From Rhodospirillaceae bacterium (GTDB lineage Bacteria; Pseudomonadota; Alphaproteobacteria; Rhodospirillales; Rhodospirillaceae), in NCBI GenBank assembly GCA_947476925.1, contig CANJSF010000001.1:145470-209469 (forward strand): a DNA stretch of 64,000 nt. The letters are read 5' to 3'. The stretch's first letter is position 1, and each line of letters opens with the position of its first letter. Both the position numbers and the translations under genes were made by a program. Under the pieces are notes generated by a model. It did not search any database, had not been told where the DNA came from, and was given only the letters and a program-made list of their open reading frames with translations. This document shows, one piece after another, positions 19,135 to 30,209 of this stretch.

Positions 19135-21264
19135 TCAGAAAAGATTTGAGACAAGAAAGCCGGTGTACGTCAGCAACATGATGACAACAGCGGCTATGGC
19201 GCCGGACTTTTGACCAGACTTGATGGCCGATTCTTGACGATCAATCTGGCCGTGCTCGAGATCAAAAGCTTGCTTTTCAGCAGCGGCGTATTCAGCTTTC
19301 GCCCAGGCAAACCCCTCGGCGTCGCGCTGCCGCTCTTCCGGATTGTCGAGAAAATTGTAGATTTCCGCCAAGTTCCCCTTGCGGATCAGCTTTGGCATTT
19401 CGCGCTCAATCTCTTTGCGCTTCGGTCGGCTTTGGTAGGCGTTAATCACAGTGCCCATCAAGCCGCCAACCCAACTCGCCAGACCAAATAGTGTTTCGGG
19501 TCCAAGACGCCACTGCACAATTGCCAGCACGCTGAGCATGACAATTGTCGCCCGTTCAGGACGCGGATCGTTCATTGCATAAATTTGTGTCGACACACCC
19601 TTGGCGTAACGAGCCCGCATAAACGCTGCCACGTGGCGATCAACAGGCCACAATTTCGTATTCACAGTTTTCGATGCGACCTCAAGTGCGGGCAGTACGC
19701 CCTTCACTTCCATCACATACTGATCAACGATCAGCGGGCTCAGGCACGGCATCCATTCGGTCAACTCATAGACACAACGCTCGATACCTGCGCCCGAGTT
19801 GGTGTCCTTCAAATAATTGCGTAAGTCTTTGAAGACAGTTTCCCACTGCGCGTTGTCGGCGTGATACTTCGTTTGCGCCGTAATCCAGTGCCGCCATAGT
19901 TCGCGATTAATAAAATCGGTATAGGGCTGAAGTTGTTGCTTCGCCAAAGTGGCGACCGCCAGCGACCCTCCGAAACCTTCAAGCGCGACGCGGAAATCAC
20001 GCATACGAACCGGCGCGCGAGGGTCGAGAATCATCAGCACGCGGCTGAGGGTAATGTCGTCCTGGTCTTTCTGCTGACCGCCAAAAGCGCGAGAGTTTTT
20101 GATCGAACTCGCGATGGCATCGGCAAGATCACCCAATTCCAAGCCACGTCTGATCCAAATTTCGAGCGACCCGTCAGTGATAACGCCAATCGCCTTGTCC
20201 CAGTTTAAATACATCGCGTATGACAAAGGACGGATGGAATGAAATTCCATGTCCGCGAATTTAAACGCGCGTTGCGATTGTGGCTCGGCGCGCGCTTGAA
20301 CAGGCGTTAAGCGCTTTCCCGCCAACCAAAGTTCGATGTTCTCAGGCTTCCACCGCTGTTCCATATCGTCGGTGAGGAGGCCACGAAAGCATTCGATCAA
20401 CGATACGGGGACACGTTCGTCCGAGACCAGCGTCCCGTACGAGCCGTCTTTAATTTTGCGACGAATAATTTCGGCATCCGGAACATTTTGAAGCGCATTG
20501 CGCCCAATTGCCAAAATCAAAAGCGTTGCGCCCAACGCATACATATCGTCAGCAAAGGTGCCCGATCCCCGCGCCGATGGCACGCACATGCCTGACTCGA
20601 TGGGCTCTAACACAACTGGTTGATCGTTGGCCGGAACGCAAGTGACACAATCACCAAGCACAATGTTGGTGCGGGCTTCGTCCATATAATAAAGATTATC
20701 GGGGCGAATAGCGCGATGCGTGATGCCCTTCAATCCAAGCTCAATCAAAGCATCCGCCAGCGGCTTGATAATCGTTTTAGGAAACAGGTGATCAGGGATT
20801 CGCTTCCCACCACCGGCCATCGATTCCATCAATCGCCCGCCCAACGGGCGATGATAAATAACGATGGCGCATTTCCGATCAATCGGCGGCCACTCGGCAA
20901 TGCCCCAATCAACCATTGGCAACATATGAGCCATCTCGTGACCTTTGAGGGCACGCATCACAGACACACGCGGAAGCATTTCAGGTTTACAGATCAGCGC
21001 GTAAAGCGGACGCCCTTCTTGCTTACGGTCCGTGACCTCGAATGCTTGCGCGTTCGGCATATCGAGACTGGGGATCGGTTTGTCGCAATACAACGTGTAT
21101 CGGTCGCGAACGATGATGAAGCTGCCAGGGGCAGCTTGTCCGGCCATACGTGGAGGAGCTGTCGCGGGCGGTGGAGGAGCTGCTGGTGGCGGCGCAGCCT
21201 GAGGCGCTTCAGCGGCACTCGGGCGCGCTGGCGCTTCTTTCAGGTCTGTAGCCGCTTCGGCCAT
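19135..21264 (-). CDS. Membrane-anchored Ser/Thr-kinase-like protein, predicted pseudokinase
   Basis: 709 aa. Kinase-fold landmarks by eye: YALICKP (VAIK-like), GITHRAIRPDNLYY (HRD loop with Asp replaced by Ala), LGDCV in place of DFG, DDMYALGATLLILAIG (subdomain IX). A long helical C-terminal half ends in a TM segment (AIAAVVIMLLTYTGFLV). Confidence 0.7.
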   Translation of the reverse strand: MAEAATDLKEAPARPSAAEAPQAAPPPAAPPPPATAPPRMAGQAAPGSFIIVRDRYTLYCDKPIPSLDMPNAQAFEVTDRKQEGRPLYALICKPEMLPRVSVMRALKGHEMAHMLPMVDWGIAEWPPIDRKCAIVIYHRPLGGRLMESMAGGGKRIPDHLFPKTIIKPLADALIELGLKGITHRAIRPDNLYYMDEARTNIVLGDCVTCVPANDQPVVLEPIESGMCVPSARGSGTFADDMYALGATLLILAIGRNALQNVPDAEIIRRKIKDGSYGTLVSDERVPVSLIECFRGLLTDDMEQRWKPENIELWLAGKRLTPVQARAEPQSQRAFKFADMEFHSIRPLSYAMYLNWDKAIGVITDGSLEIWIRRGLELGDLADAIASSIKNSRAFGGQQKDQDDITLSRVLMILDPRAPVRMRDFRVALEGFGGSLAVATLAKQQLQPYTDFINRELWRHWITAQTKYHADNAQWETVFKDLRNYLKDTNSGAGIERCVYELTEWMPCLSPLIVDQYVMEVKGVLPALEVASKTVNTKLWPVDRHVAAFMRARYAKGVSTQIYAMNDPRPERATIVMLSVLAIVQWRLGPETLFGLASWVGGLMGTVINAYQSRPKRKEIEREMPKLIRKGNLAEIYNFLDNPEERQRDAEGFAWAKAEYAAAEKQAFDLEHGQIDRQESAIKSGQKSGAIAAVVIMLLTYTGFLVSNLF

Positions 21265-21453
21265 GGGATTCTGCCCCTATCCACGACCCGCCATTCTGCC
21301 GAGTCGGCAGCCATTGTACGGGACCAGACAAAACAGCACAACGCAGTTAGCGGTCCGTTAACGATTTAGGAGCAGCGCCTTTCGGGGCCACTTAAGCCCA
21401 TTAATCTTTAGCTTTGCCACGACCAACTCAACCCTAAGTTAGGTAGAGCCGGT

Positions 21454-22743
<1,290 letters not shown>

Positions 22744-22761
22744 GTCCAACCTTCCGAATTT

Positions 22762-23901
22762 TTAGCTCACTGCGACAGCGTCGCTGGATTTCAGGATATG
22801 CGTGCATTTCAATCTTTTTGCCTCGGTCGTATCATCGACGCCTGCCGACAAACCAACCACCACGATCCAGCCTTTATCTTGCCAAGTGGCCACCACAGCA
22901 CGGCTTGTACCATTTGAGACAAATAGCCTCCGTGCGGTCGCGGTATTTGGCACGACCGGCAGCAATGCGTCGATCAGCAGTGTGGCACCTGTTGCCGCCT
23001 CACCTGAGACTAATTTATAACGCCCGCCTCGGCCAATTTCGCGCTGCGAAGCGGCGGTGAATACCGAGAAGGTAATACCTGTGTGATACTCAAAGCCGCG
23101 GTTCTCGACGGCATCGACAGTAATCGCCACATTGGGAATCGCAGCGCGCAGCGCTCGCGCCACATGCTCAAGTGCAGCCCACTCTGCTTTGGCAGCAGGC
23201 GGCAAAGCGAGCGTTGCCACCTGGGCCATAGCACGATCAACAGGCCCTGACGCTTCAATCAATTTTGTCAGAAGGCCCGCAGCCTGCCCCGCATGAGCGT
23301 TAATTTCGGCGACGTCTTTGTGATCGAGTGCAGCCCGAACGCGCGCCGCGGCAGCAACCGATAAGTTAAATCCGGCCAAAATGGCGGGCACTAAAGTTGG
23401 CAACGCCAAGTCAACCGACAGCCCCGGCACGCCGAGTTTTTTCAATGCTTCGGCAACAACAACGATCACTTCAATGTCGGCTGCACCATTGTCGGCGCCA
23501 ATCAATTCAATGCCAGCTTGGGTGAACTGGCGCTCGGGTTCAAGCTGGGTTCCCTTCACCCGCAAAACCGGCCCTGAATATGTCAGCCGCAGGGGGCGCG
23601 CATCGGAAGCGAGGCGCGTGGCGGCAATGCGTGCGATCTGCGTAGTGATGTCGTTGCGAACACCAAGCGTGCGATGCGACGAGGGATCAAGCATGCGGAA
23701 AATGCGTTCGCCCATACCCGCACCGACACCCGAAAGCAGCGTGTCTTCAAACTCGATCAGCGGTGGTTTAACGAGGTTGTAGCCATTCAGCGCGAAGGTG
23801 CGCGTCAACCGCTCCACAACCTCGTTCTCGAACGCGGCATCGGGAGGCAACACATCGCGGAGCCCTTCAGGCAGAAGGGTTTTGGTCGAATTCTCGCTCA
23901 T
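22762..23901 (-). CDS. hisZ: ATP phosphoribosyltransferase regulatory subunit
   Basis: 379 aa HisRS paralogue (LPEGLRDVLP, FRMLDPSS...LGVRNDITTQIAR) with no anticodon-binding domain. Confidence 0.88.
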   Translation of the reverse strand: MSENSTKTLLPEGLRDVLPPDAAFENEVVERLTRTFALNGYNLVKPPLIEFEDTLLSGVGAGMGERIFRMLDPSSHRTLGVRNDITTQIARIAATRLASDARPLRLTYSGPVLRVKGTQLEPERQFTQAGIELIGADNGAADIEVIVVVAEALKKLGVPGLSVDLALPTLVPAILAGFNLSVAAAARVRAALDHKDVAEINAHAGQAAGLLTKLIEASGPVDRAMAQVATLALPPAAKAEWAALEHVARALRAAIPNVAITVDAVENRGFEYHTGITFSVFTAASQREIGRGGRYKLVSGEAATGATLLIDALLPVVPNTATARRLFVSNGTSRAVVATWQDKGWIVVVGLSAGVDDTTEAKRLKCTHILKSSDAVAVS

Positions 23902-23996
23902 CAGAAATATCCCGAGGGGGAATAGCGCGTGTTTATACGCCCCCGCCCCCTAGCCAACAAGGACGGAAAGCGCAGCCAGATCAGCGGCTTGGCTTC

Positions 23997-25580
23997 TTAA
24001 AACGCCAGCGCCTGGCTTTGGCGTACGTGTGGCAGGGCCTGCACTTTTGCCAGCACGGTCTCGGACACAGGCTGATCAAGGTTCAGCAATGCAATCGCAT
24101 CGCCACCACCCGACGGACGCCCCAGATGGAACGACGCAATGTTCACCCCAGCTTGCCCCAATGTCGTGCCCAGCGCACCAATGAATCCGGGTTTGTCGTC
24201 ATTGATAACGTAAAGCATAAACGGACCGACTTCAGCCTCGATGTGAATGTCATTAACATCGACGAGACGTGGCAAGCTGCCGCCAAATAGCGTGCCCGAG
24301 ACGGAACGCGTTTGCCGCTCGGTTGTGACGGTGAGCTTGATCAATGTTTGATACAGATCGTGCTCACCTTTTTTGATTTCGGTGATTTCAATCCCGCGTT
24401 CGCGCGCAATGGTTGGCGCGTTGACCATGTTAACGCTGTCCATCAACGGGCCCAATAAACTCGCAACCGCAATGGCCGTGAGCGGGCGCGTGTTCAGCTC
24501 GGCCACATGGCCAGCATATTCCAAGGTCACAGCCTTAATGCCAGATTGGGTAATCTGTCCGGCAAAGCTGCCCAGTTGTTCGACCAATTTCATGTATGGC
24601 TTCAGCTTCGGTGCATCTTCCGCCGAGACCGAGGCCATGTTGAGGGCGTTTGAAACCGCGCCCGACAGCAGAAAATCTGCCATCTGTTCGGCCACTTGCA
24701 ATGCTACGTTTTCTTGCGCCTCATTCGTTGACGCACCCAAGTGTGGCGTACAGACAACATTTTCGTAGGCGAATAAGGGGTTGGACTTGGCGGGTTCTTC
24801 TTCAAACACGTCTAACGCCGCACCGGCGACATGACCGCTATCAAGCGCCGCTTTGAGATCGGCCTCGGACACCAACCCGCCGCGCGCGCAATTGATAATG
24901 CGCACACCTTTTTTCATCTTCGCCATGGCTTTGGCGTCGATGATGTTCTTGGTGTTCTCAGTTAGCGGTGTATGCAACGTAATAAAGTCTGAACGCGTGA
25001 AAATCCCATCCAAATCAACTTTCTCCACGCCCAGATCACGCGCGCGATCAGCAGACAAGAATGGATCGAACGCAACGACTTTCATTTTCAAGCCCAGCGC
25101 TCGGTCAGCGACAATCGAGCCGATGTTTCCGCACCCAATCACGCCCAGGGTTTTGCCGAAAAGCTCGACGCCCATAAACTTGGACTTTTCCCACTTGCCT
25201 GCTTGCGTCGACGTATTGGCGGTCGGAATCTGGCGTGCCAACGCCATCATCATTGAAATGGCATGTTCGGCTGTTGTGATGGCATTGCCGAAAGGTGTGT
25301 TCATCACAACAACACCGCGCGCCGTTGCCGCTTCAACATCAACGTTATCAACGCCAATGCCGGCGCGACCAACCACCCTGAGACGCGGCGCGACGGCCAT
25401 GACATCGGCCGTCACTTTTGTGGATGAGCGAACAGCCAGTCCATCATAGTCTTTGATGATCGCTTTCAACTCGTCTGGCTTCAGGCCGGTTTTAACATCA
25501 ACATCAACCCCGCGCGTTTTGAAAATTTCAACGGCAGCCGCGCTCAGTTTATCGCTGATCAAAACTTTTGGTTTAGACAT
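23997..25580 (-). CDS. serA: D-3-phosphoglycerate dehydrogenase
   Basis: 2-hydroxyacid dehydrogenase core (GVIGCGNIGS, CTPHLGAST) plus ASB/ACT C-terminal domains. Start set at ATG 25580 (MSKPKVLISD). Confidence 0.95.
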   Translation of the reverse strand: MSKPKVLISDKLSAAAVEIFKTRGVDVDVKTGLKPDELKAIIKDYDGLAVRSSTKVTADVMAVAPRLRVVGRAGIGVDNVDVEAATARGVVVMNTPFGNAITTAEHAISMMMALARQIPTANTSTQAGKWEKSKFMGVELFGKTLGVIGCGNIGSIVADRALGLKMKVVAFDPFLSADRARDLGVEKVDLDGIFTRSDFITLHTPLTENTKNIIDAKAMAKMKKGVRIINCARGGLVSEADLKAALDSGHVAGAALDVFEEEPAKSNPLFAYENVVCTPHLGASTNEAQENVALQVAEQMADFLLSGAVSNALNMASVSAEDAPKLKPYMKLVEQLGSFAGQITQSGIKAVTLEYAGHVAELNTRPLTAIAVASLLGPLMDSVNMVNAPTIARERGIEITEIKKGEHDLYQTLIKLTVTTERQTRSVSGTLFGGSLPRLVDVNDIHIEAEVGPFMLYVINDDKPGFIGALGTTLGQAGVNIASFHLGRPSGGGDAIALLNLDQPVSETVLAKVQALPHVRQSQALAF

Positions 25581-25609
25581 TCGCTCAATCCCCACCACGT
25601 ACGTTTAAT

Positions 25610-26770
25610 TTAGGCCGCTTTCACTTCGTTATGTGCCCACTCTAGCCAGGGCAACAACGCTTGAAGATCAGTGGCTTCGACTGTTGCACCACCCCAAATA
25701 CGCAAGCCCGGTGGCGCATCGCGATACGATGCGATATCCAGCGCAACGCCTTCGGCTTCAAGCAAGCTCGCCATTTTTTTGGCCACATCGGCCTGCTTCT
25801 CGGCAGGCAACGCAGTAAACCAATCTGCCGTGATCTTCAGGCAAATTGAAGTGCATGACCTTGTCTCAGGCTTTTCAGCCAAAAAGCCCACCCAGTTTTT
25901 TTGTGCAACCCAATCAGCGATGACTTTGAGGTTGCCTTCAGAGCGTGCAATCAAGCCCTTCAATCCACCAGCCTGTTCGGCCCAGTTCAATCCATCGACC
26001 GCATCTTCAACGCACAGCATCGATACCGTGTTGATGGTGTCGCCTTCAAAAATCCCGGCCTCGAGTTTTCCACCTTTCGTCAGTCGGAAAATTTTCGGCA
26101 TGGGCCAAGGGGGCGTATAGCTTTCCAGTCGTTCAACGGCGCGCGGGGAAATGATCAGCATGCCGTGCTGCGCCTCTCCGCCCAGCACTTTTTGCCATGA
26201 GTAAGTCACAACATCGAGTTTCGACCACGGCATATCCATGGCAAACACAGCCGAAGTGGCATCGCAGATCGTTAAGCCTTTGCGATCATCCTTGATCCAA
26301 TCGCCATTGGGCACGCGCACGCCCGAGGTGGTGCCGTTCCAAGTAAAGACCACGTCATGATCGAAATTAATTTGGCTTAAGTCAGGCAACTTCCCGTAAT
26401 CAGATTTAATGACGCGCGTGTCTTTTAACTTCAGCTGCTTGACAACATCCGTGACCCAACCTTCGCCAAAACTTTCCCAAGCAACCATATCGACCGGGCG
26501 TTGACCAAGCGTGTGCCACAGCATCATCTCGACCGCGCCGGTGTCTGACGCTGGAACGATGGCGATTTTATAGTCGGCAGGCACACCTAAAATGGCGCGC
26601 GTTTTATCAATGACCGCTTTGATTCGCGCCTTGGCTGGCTTGGCACGATGCGAACGACCCACCAACGCGCCCTTTAGCGCATCGAGCGTCCACCCCGGGC
26701 GTTTAGCGCAAGGACCGGACGAAAATTGGGCGCGCGCCGGGCGAACCGACGGTTTCGGGCTGGCAGACAT
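25610..26770 (-). CDS. serC: Phosphoserine aminotransferase
   Basis: 386 aa. N-terminus [18 protein letters not shown] and a [10 protein letters not shown] Lys region, as in alphaproteobacterial-type SerC. It sits adjacent to serA. Confidence 0.88.
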   Translation of the reverse strand: MSASPKPSVRPARAQFSSGPCAKRPGWTLDALKGALVGRSHRAKPAKARIKAVIDKTRAILGVPADYKIAIVPASDTGAVEMMLWHTLGQRPVDMVAWESFGEGWVTDVVKQLKLKDTRVIKSDYGKLPDLSQINFDHDVVFTWNGTTSGVRVPNGDWIKDDRKGLTICDATSAVFAMDMPWSKLDVVTYSWQKVLGGEAQHGMLIISPRAVERLESYTPPWPMPKIFRLTKGGKLEAGIFEGDTINTVSMLCVEDAVDGLNWAEQAGGLKGLIARSEGNLKVIADWVAQKNWVGFLAEKPETRSCTSICLKITADWFTALPAEKQADVAKKMASLLEAEGVALDIASYRDAPPGLRIWGGATVEATDLQALLPWLEWAHNEVKAA

Positions 26771-26881
26771 GGGCTAAAAATTCCTCTGGCGGGATGGTTT
26801 TTAAAGAACTGCAAAAGTGGGAACTTTCGCGAGCGGCGCGGAGTTTAGGAACGTGGGCCTAACCCGTCAATGCACGGAAAG

Positions 26882-27679
26882 CTATTGATTCACAACCGTA
26901 TGGGCATGGTTCAGGGGCCCATGGCCCTGGCCCAATCCGGGTGCCGTCTCAAGCGCCTTGCGGACGTAGATTCGAGCCCGGCTGACGGCGTCTTCGAGCG
27001 ATAACTTTTGCGCCAATCCTGCGGCAATGGCCGAGGCTAAAGTGCAGCCTGTGCCATGGGTGGAACGTGTATCGATGCGTGAATCTTCATAGATTTTCAC
27101 GTCGTCGCGCGTAATGAGCATATCGACCAAATGGTGGCCTTCCAGGTGCCCGCCCTTGAGTAATACGGCGTCCGCGCCGAGTGCCTTTAGCGGCTCGACG
27201 GCGGCGTGCATGTCAGCGATGGTTTTAATGGGCTGGCCGATCAACACCTCGGCCTCGGGCAGGTTGGGCGTCACGACAGCTGCCCCCCGCACCATGCGCG
27301 CAATCAAAGTCTTAGCGGCATCATCAGCCAGCAACGGGTGGCCACCCTTTGCTCTCATGACAGGGTCAACGACACGAGGGATACGCAGCGCAATGCGATC
27401 TATACAATCAGCGACCACGTTGATCATGGACACTGTTGCAAGCATACCCGTTTTAATGACATCCGCCCCAATATCCGACAGCACGACTTCAATTTGCTGA
27501 GCAACAAGCGCTGTGGGAATTTCGTGGATATTGAAAACACCCATGGTGTTTTGCACAGTAATGGCCGTGACGGCCGTTGCCGCAAACGCGTTCAAGCACG
27601 TGACTGCTTTGATGTCCGCTTGGATTCCGGCGCCGCCGCCGGAGTCCGACCCCGCGATAATCAATACCCGCCCGCGCAT
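26882..27679 (-). CDS. thiD: Hydroxymethylpyrimidine / phosphomethylpyrimidine kinase
   Basis: VLIIAGSDSGGGAGIQADIK and THGTGCTLASAIAA motifs. ATG 27679 (MRGRVL) lies just past the glmM stop. Confidence 0.93.
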   Translation of the reverse strand: MRGRVLIIAGSDSGGGAGIQADIKAVTCLNAFAATAVTAITVQNTMGVFNIHEIPTALVAQQIEVVLSDIGADVIKTGMLATVSMINVVADCIDRIALRIPRVVDPVMRAKGGHPLLADDAAKTLIARMVRGAAVVTPNLPEAEVLIGQPIKTIADMHAAVEPLKALGADAVLLKGGHLEGHHLVDMLITRDDVKIYEDSRIDTRSTHGTGCTLASAIAAGLAQKLSLEDAVSRARIYVRKALETAPGLGQGHGPLNHAHTVVNQ

Positions 27680-27683
27680 CAAC

Positions 27684-29045
27684 TTAGGCCGCAGCCTTGG
27701 ATATTGTCTCGGCCAGCGATGCAATAACCGTGTCGACTTCTTTAGCGTCGTCAGCCTCGGCCATAATGCGGATCAAAGGCTCGGTCCCCGACTTACGAAT
27801 CAGCAAACGCCCCTTACCTTGCAAACGTTTTTCAACACTTGCAATCGCGGCTTTGACACCGCTGAGTTCGAGGATCGCTTTAGCGTCCACCCCCTCGCCC
27901 AGCCGCACATTCTTCAATTTCTGCGGCACGGCCGAGAAGACCCGCAACGTTTGGCTGGCAGGCTTGCCGCTTTGAACTAAAGCCGCCAATACCTGAAGTG
28001 CTGCGATGATACCATCCCCGGTCGTCGAATGATCGCTCAGGATGATGTGTCCCGATTGCTCGCCACCCAAATTATATCCACCCGTTCGCATGTCTTCGAC
28101 GACATAGCGATCGCCGACATTGGCGCGCTTTAATTGAAGCCCCAAACCGGTCAAATACCGCTCAAGCCCTAAGTTGCTCATGACAGTCGCAACCACACCG
28201 TCACCTTTAAGTAGCTTCTCGGCTTGCCATTGGCGCGCAATCACGCCTAACACTTGATCGCCATCAATCATGTCGCCGCGCTCGTCACAGAACAACACAC
28301 GGTCGGCATCACCATCGAGTGCCAAGCCCAAATGCGCGTTGTGGCTCACGACCATTTCGCGCAAGCGATCAGGAGCCGTTGAGCCGCAGCCCAGGTTGAT
28401 ATTAAAACCGTCGGGATCAACACCAACTTTGATCACCTGAGCGCCGAGCTCCCAAAAAACCGCTGGCGCGATTTTGTAGGCCGCGCCATTGGCGCAATCG
28501 ACCACGATCTTCAGGCCATCAAGCCGCAACCCGCGTGGTAAACTGGATTTTGCAAACTCAATGTAGCGGCCTGCCGCATCGTCTAATCGTTTCGCGCGAC
28601 CAAGTTTGGCAGATTCGACGCGCGTGGCGGACACATCGCCATCCATGAGGTTCTCAATTTCAATCTCAGCGGCATCCGACAGCTTGTAACCATCCGGCCC
28701 AAACAGTTTTATGCCATTGTCGTGAAATGGATTGTGCGATGCGGAGATCATGACACCTAAGTCGGCCCGCAACGAACGTGTGAGCATAGCAATCCCCGGC
28801 GTCGGAATCGGCCCCACCAGCACCACATCCATGCCAACCGACACAAAGCCGGCGGTCAGGGCTGGTTCAATCAGGTATCCTGATAACCGCGTGTCTTTTC
28901 CGATGACAACGCTGTGACGATGGGCGCCGCGCGTAAAAATGTGCCCAGCCGCCATGCCCATGCGTAGCGCCATTTCCGCTGTCATGGGGTCGGTGTTGGC
29001 CAAGCCGCGCACACCATCGGTGCCAAAAAGACGACGGGTACTCAT
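27684..29045 (-). CDS. glmM: Phosphoglucosamine mutase
   Basis: [12 protein letters not shown]-terminus, active-site [17 protein letters not shown] and DGDADR metal loop. Start set at ATG 29045. Confidence 0.96.
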   Translation of the reverse strand: MSTRRLFGTDGVRGLANTDPMTAEMALRMGMAAGHIFTRGAHRHSVVIGKDTRLSGYLIEPALTAGFVSVGMDVVLVGPIPTPGIAMLTRSLRADLGVMISASHNPFHDNGIKLFGPDGYKLSDAAEIEIENLMDGDVSATRVESAKLGRAKRLDDAAGRYIEFAKSSLPRGLRLDGLKIVVDCANGAAYKIAPAVFWELGAQVIKVGVDPDGFNINLGCGSTAPDRLREMVVSHNAHLGLALDGDADRVLFCDERGDMIDGDQVLGVIARQWQAEKLLKGDGVVATVMSNLGLERYLTGLGLQLKRANVGDRYVVEDMRTGGYNLGGEQSGHIILSDHSTTGDGIIAALQVLAALVQSGKPASQTLRVFSAVPQKLKNVRLGEGVDAKAILELSGVKAAIASVEKRLQGKGRLLIRKSGTEPLIRIMAEADDAKEVDTVIASLAETISKAAA

Positions 29046-29122
29046 AGCCGAAAGACTCGCGTGAGATGAATCATGACATGATGTTTGGAGGATGCGCGAG
29101 ATTGAATCAAGTCTCTCATCGA

Positions 29123-30139
29123 TTACCCTTGTGAGAGGCGTTGCCAAACCGCCAAAGCCTGGCGCGTTTCGGCGACATCGTGCACCCGCTGGATGTGCGC
29201 CCCGCGTTCAGCCGCCATCACGGCCACCACCAGCGAACCCGCCAACCGGGCTTCAGGGCCCTCGCCTTGGCTCATGCGGCTAATGAAACTTTTGCGCGAA
29301 GCCCCAAAGGTCAGCACGCAGCCCAAGCCATGAAACATCGCAAGGTGATCAATGATAGCAGCGTTGTGAACGTCGGTTTTACCAAAGCCAATCCCCGGAT
29401 CGACGGACAAACGATCCATGCTGATCCCCTTTGCCGTGCATAACGCGATGCGTGTTTTTAGAAAATCATACACATCGCCTGGCGCCCACACATACGTGGG
29501 CTCACGCTGCATGGTGCTGGGCTGGCCCTGCATATGCATGATGATCAGCGACGCGGTTGAGGCCGCGATCACGCCAAGCGCTTCGGGATCGGCCAATGCC
29601 GAAACATCATTCACAATCACTGCGCCCGCTGCGATCGCTTCGGCCATAACTTTGGCATGGCGCGTATCGATCGAAATTTTTGCCCCACGCTGGGCCAGCG
29701 CCTTCACCACGGGAACAACACGACGGGCTTCTTCGGTCGGATCGACCGGCGCGGCGCCGGGCCGCGTTGATTCGCCGCCAACGTCGATGATGTCCGCACC
29801 GGCCTGCAACAGCGCCTCGCCATGCGAAATTGCGGCTTCAGTTGATGCATATTTGCCGCCATCGGAAAAGCTGTCGGGCGTGACGTTCAGCACACCCATG
29901 ATCAAAGGCTTGTTTGCAGCCATACCCGCGAAGTCGGGTCTATTGGACGTCAGTTCAGGCGCCACGGCAGTTGCGCTGCCAATTACACTTGAAATCTCGG
30001 CGCCAGAAACACGCGTTTCTTCCATCCGCGTGAAAGTGTTTGGCCCACCGCACAACGCCCAAGCCTCGCCACGCAGGACGAGCGCTTGCGCAACGTTGCC
30101 ATGAACAAAACCACGAGGCGTGAAGTAAGTACGGTCCAC
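29123..30139 (-). CDS. folP: Dihydropteroate synthase (with a possible N-terminal extension of about 70 aa)
   Basis: The core [16 protein letters not shown] ... [10 protein letters not shown] ... DPGIGFGK is unmistakable. The start is uncertain: GTG 30139 gives 338 aa, and the internal [10 protein letters not shown] start would give about 266 aa. Confidence 0.88.
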   Translation of the reverse strand: MDRTYFTPRGFVHGNVAQALVLRGEAWALCGGPNTFTRMEETRVSGAEISSVIGSATAVAPELTSNRPDFAGMAANKPLIMGVLNVTPDSFSDGGKYASTEAAISHGEALLQAGADIIDVGGESTRPGAAPVDPTEEARRVVPVVKALAQRGAKISIDTRHAKVMAEAIAAGAVIVNDVSALADPEALGVIAASTASLIIMHMQGQPSTMQREPTYVWAPGDVYDFLKTRIALCTAKGISMDRLSVDPGIGFGKTDVHNAAIIDHLAMFHGLGCVLTFGASRKSFISRMSQGEGPEARLAGSLVVAVMAAERGAHIQRVHDVAETRQALAVWQRLSQG

Positions 30140-30144
30140 AGCAT

Positions 30145-30180
30145 TCCAAAATCAAAGACCCCGTTCGGCTGAACGGGGTC
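30145..30180 (-). terminator. Rho-independent terminator downstream of ftsH
   Basis: 10-bp perfect stem gaccccgttc-ggct-gaacggggtc. On the minus strand it is followed by TTTGATTTTGG. Confidence 0.7.
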
Positions 30181-30209
30181 CTTTAGTGTTTATCGAACTG
30201 CCTTAACGA

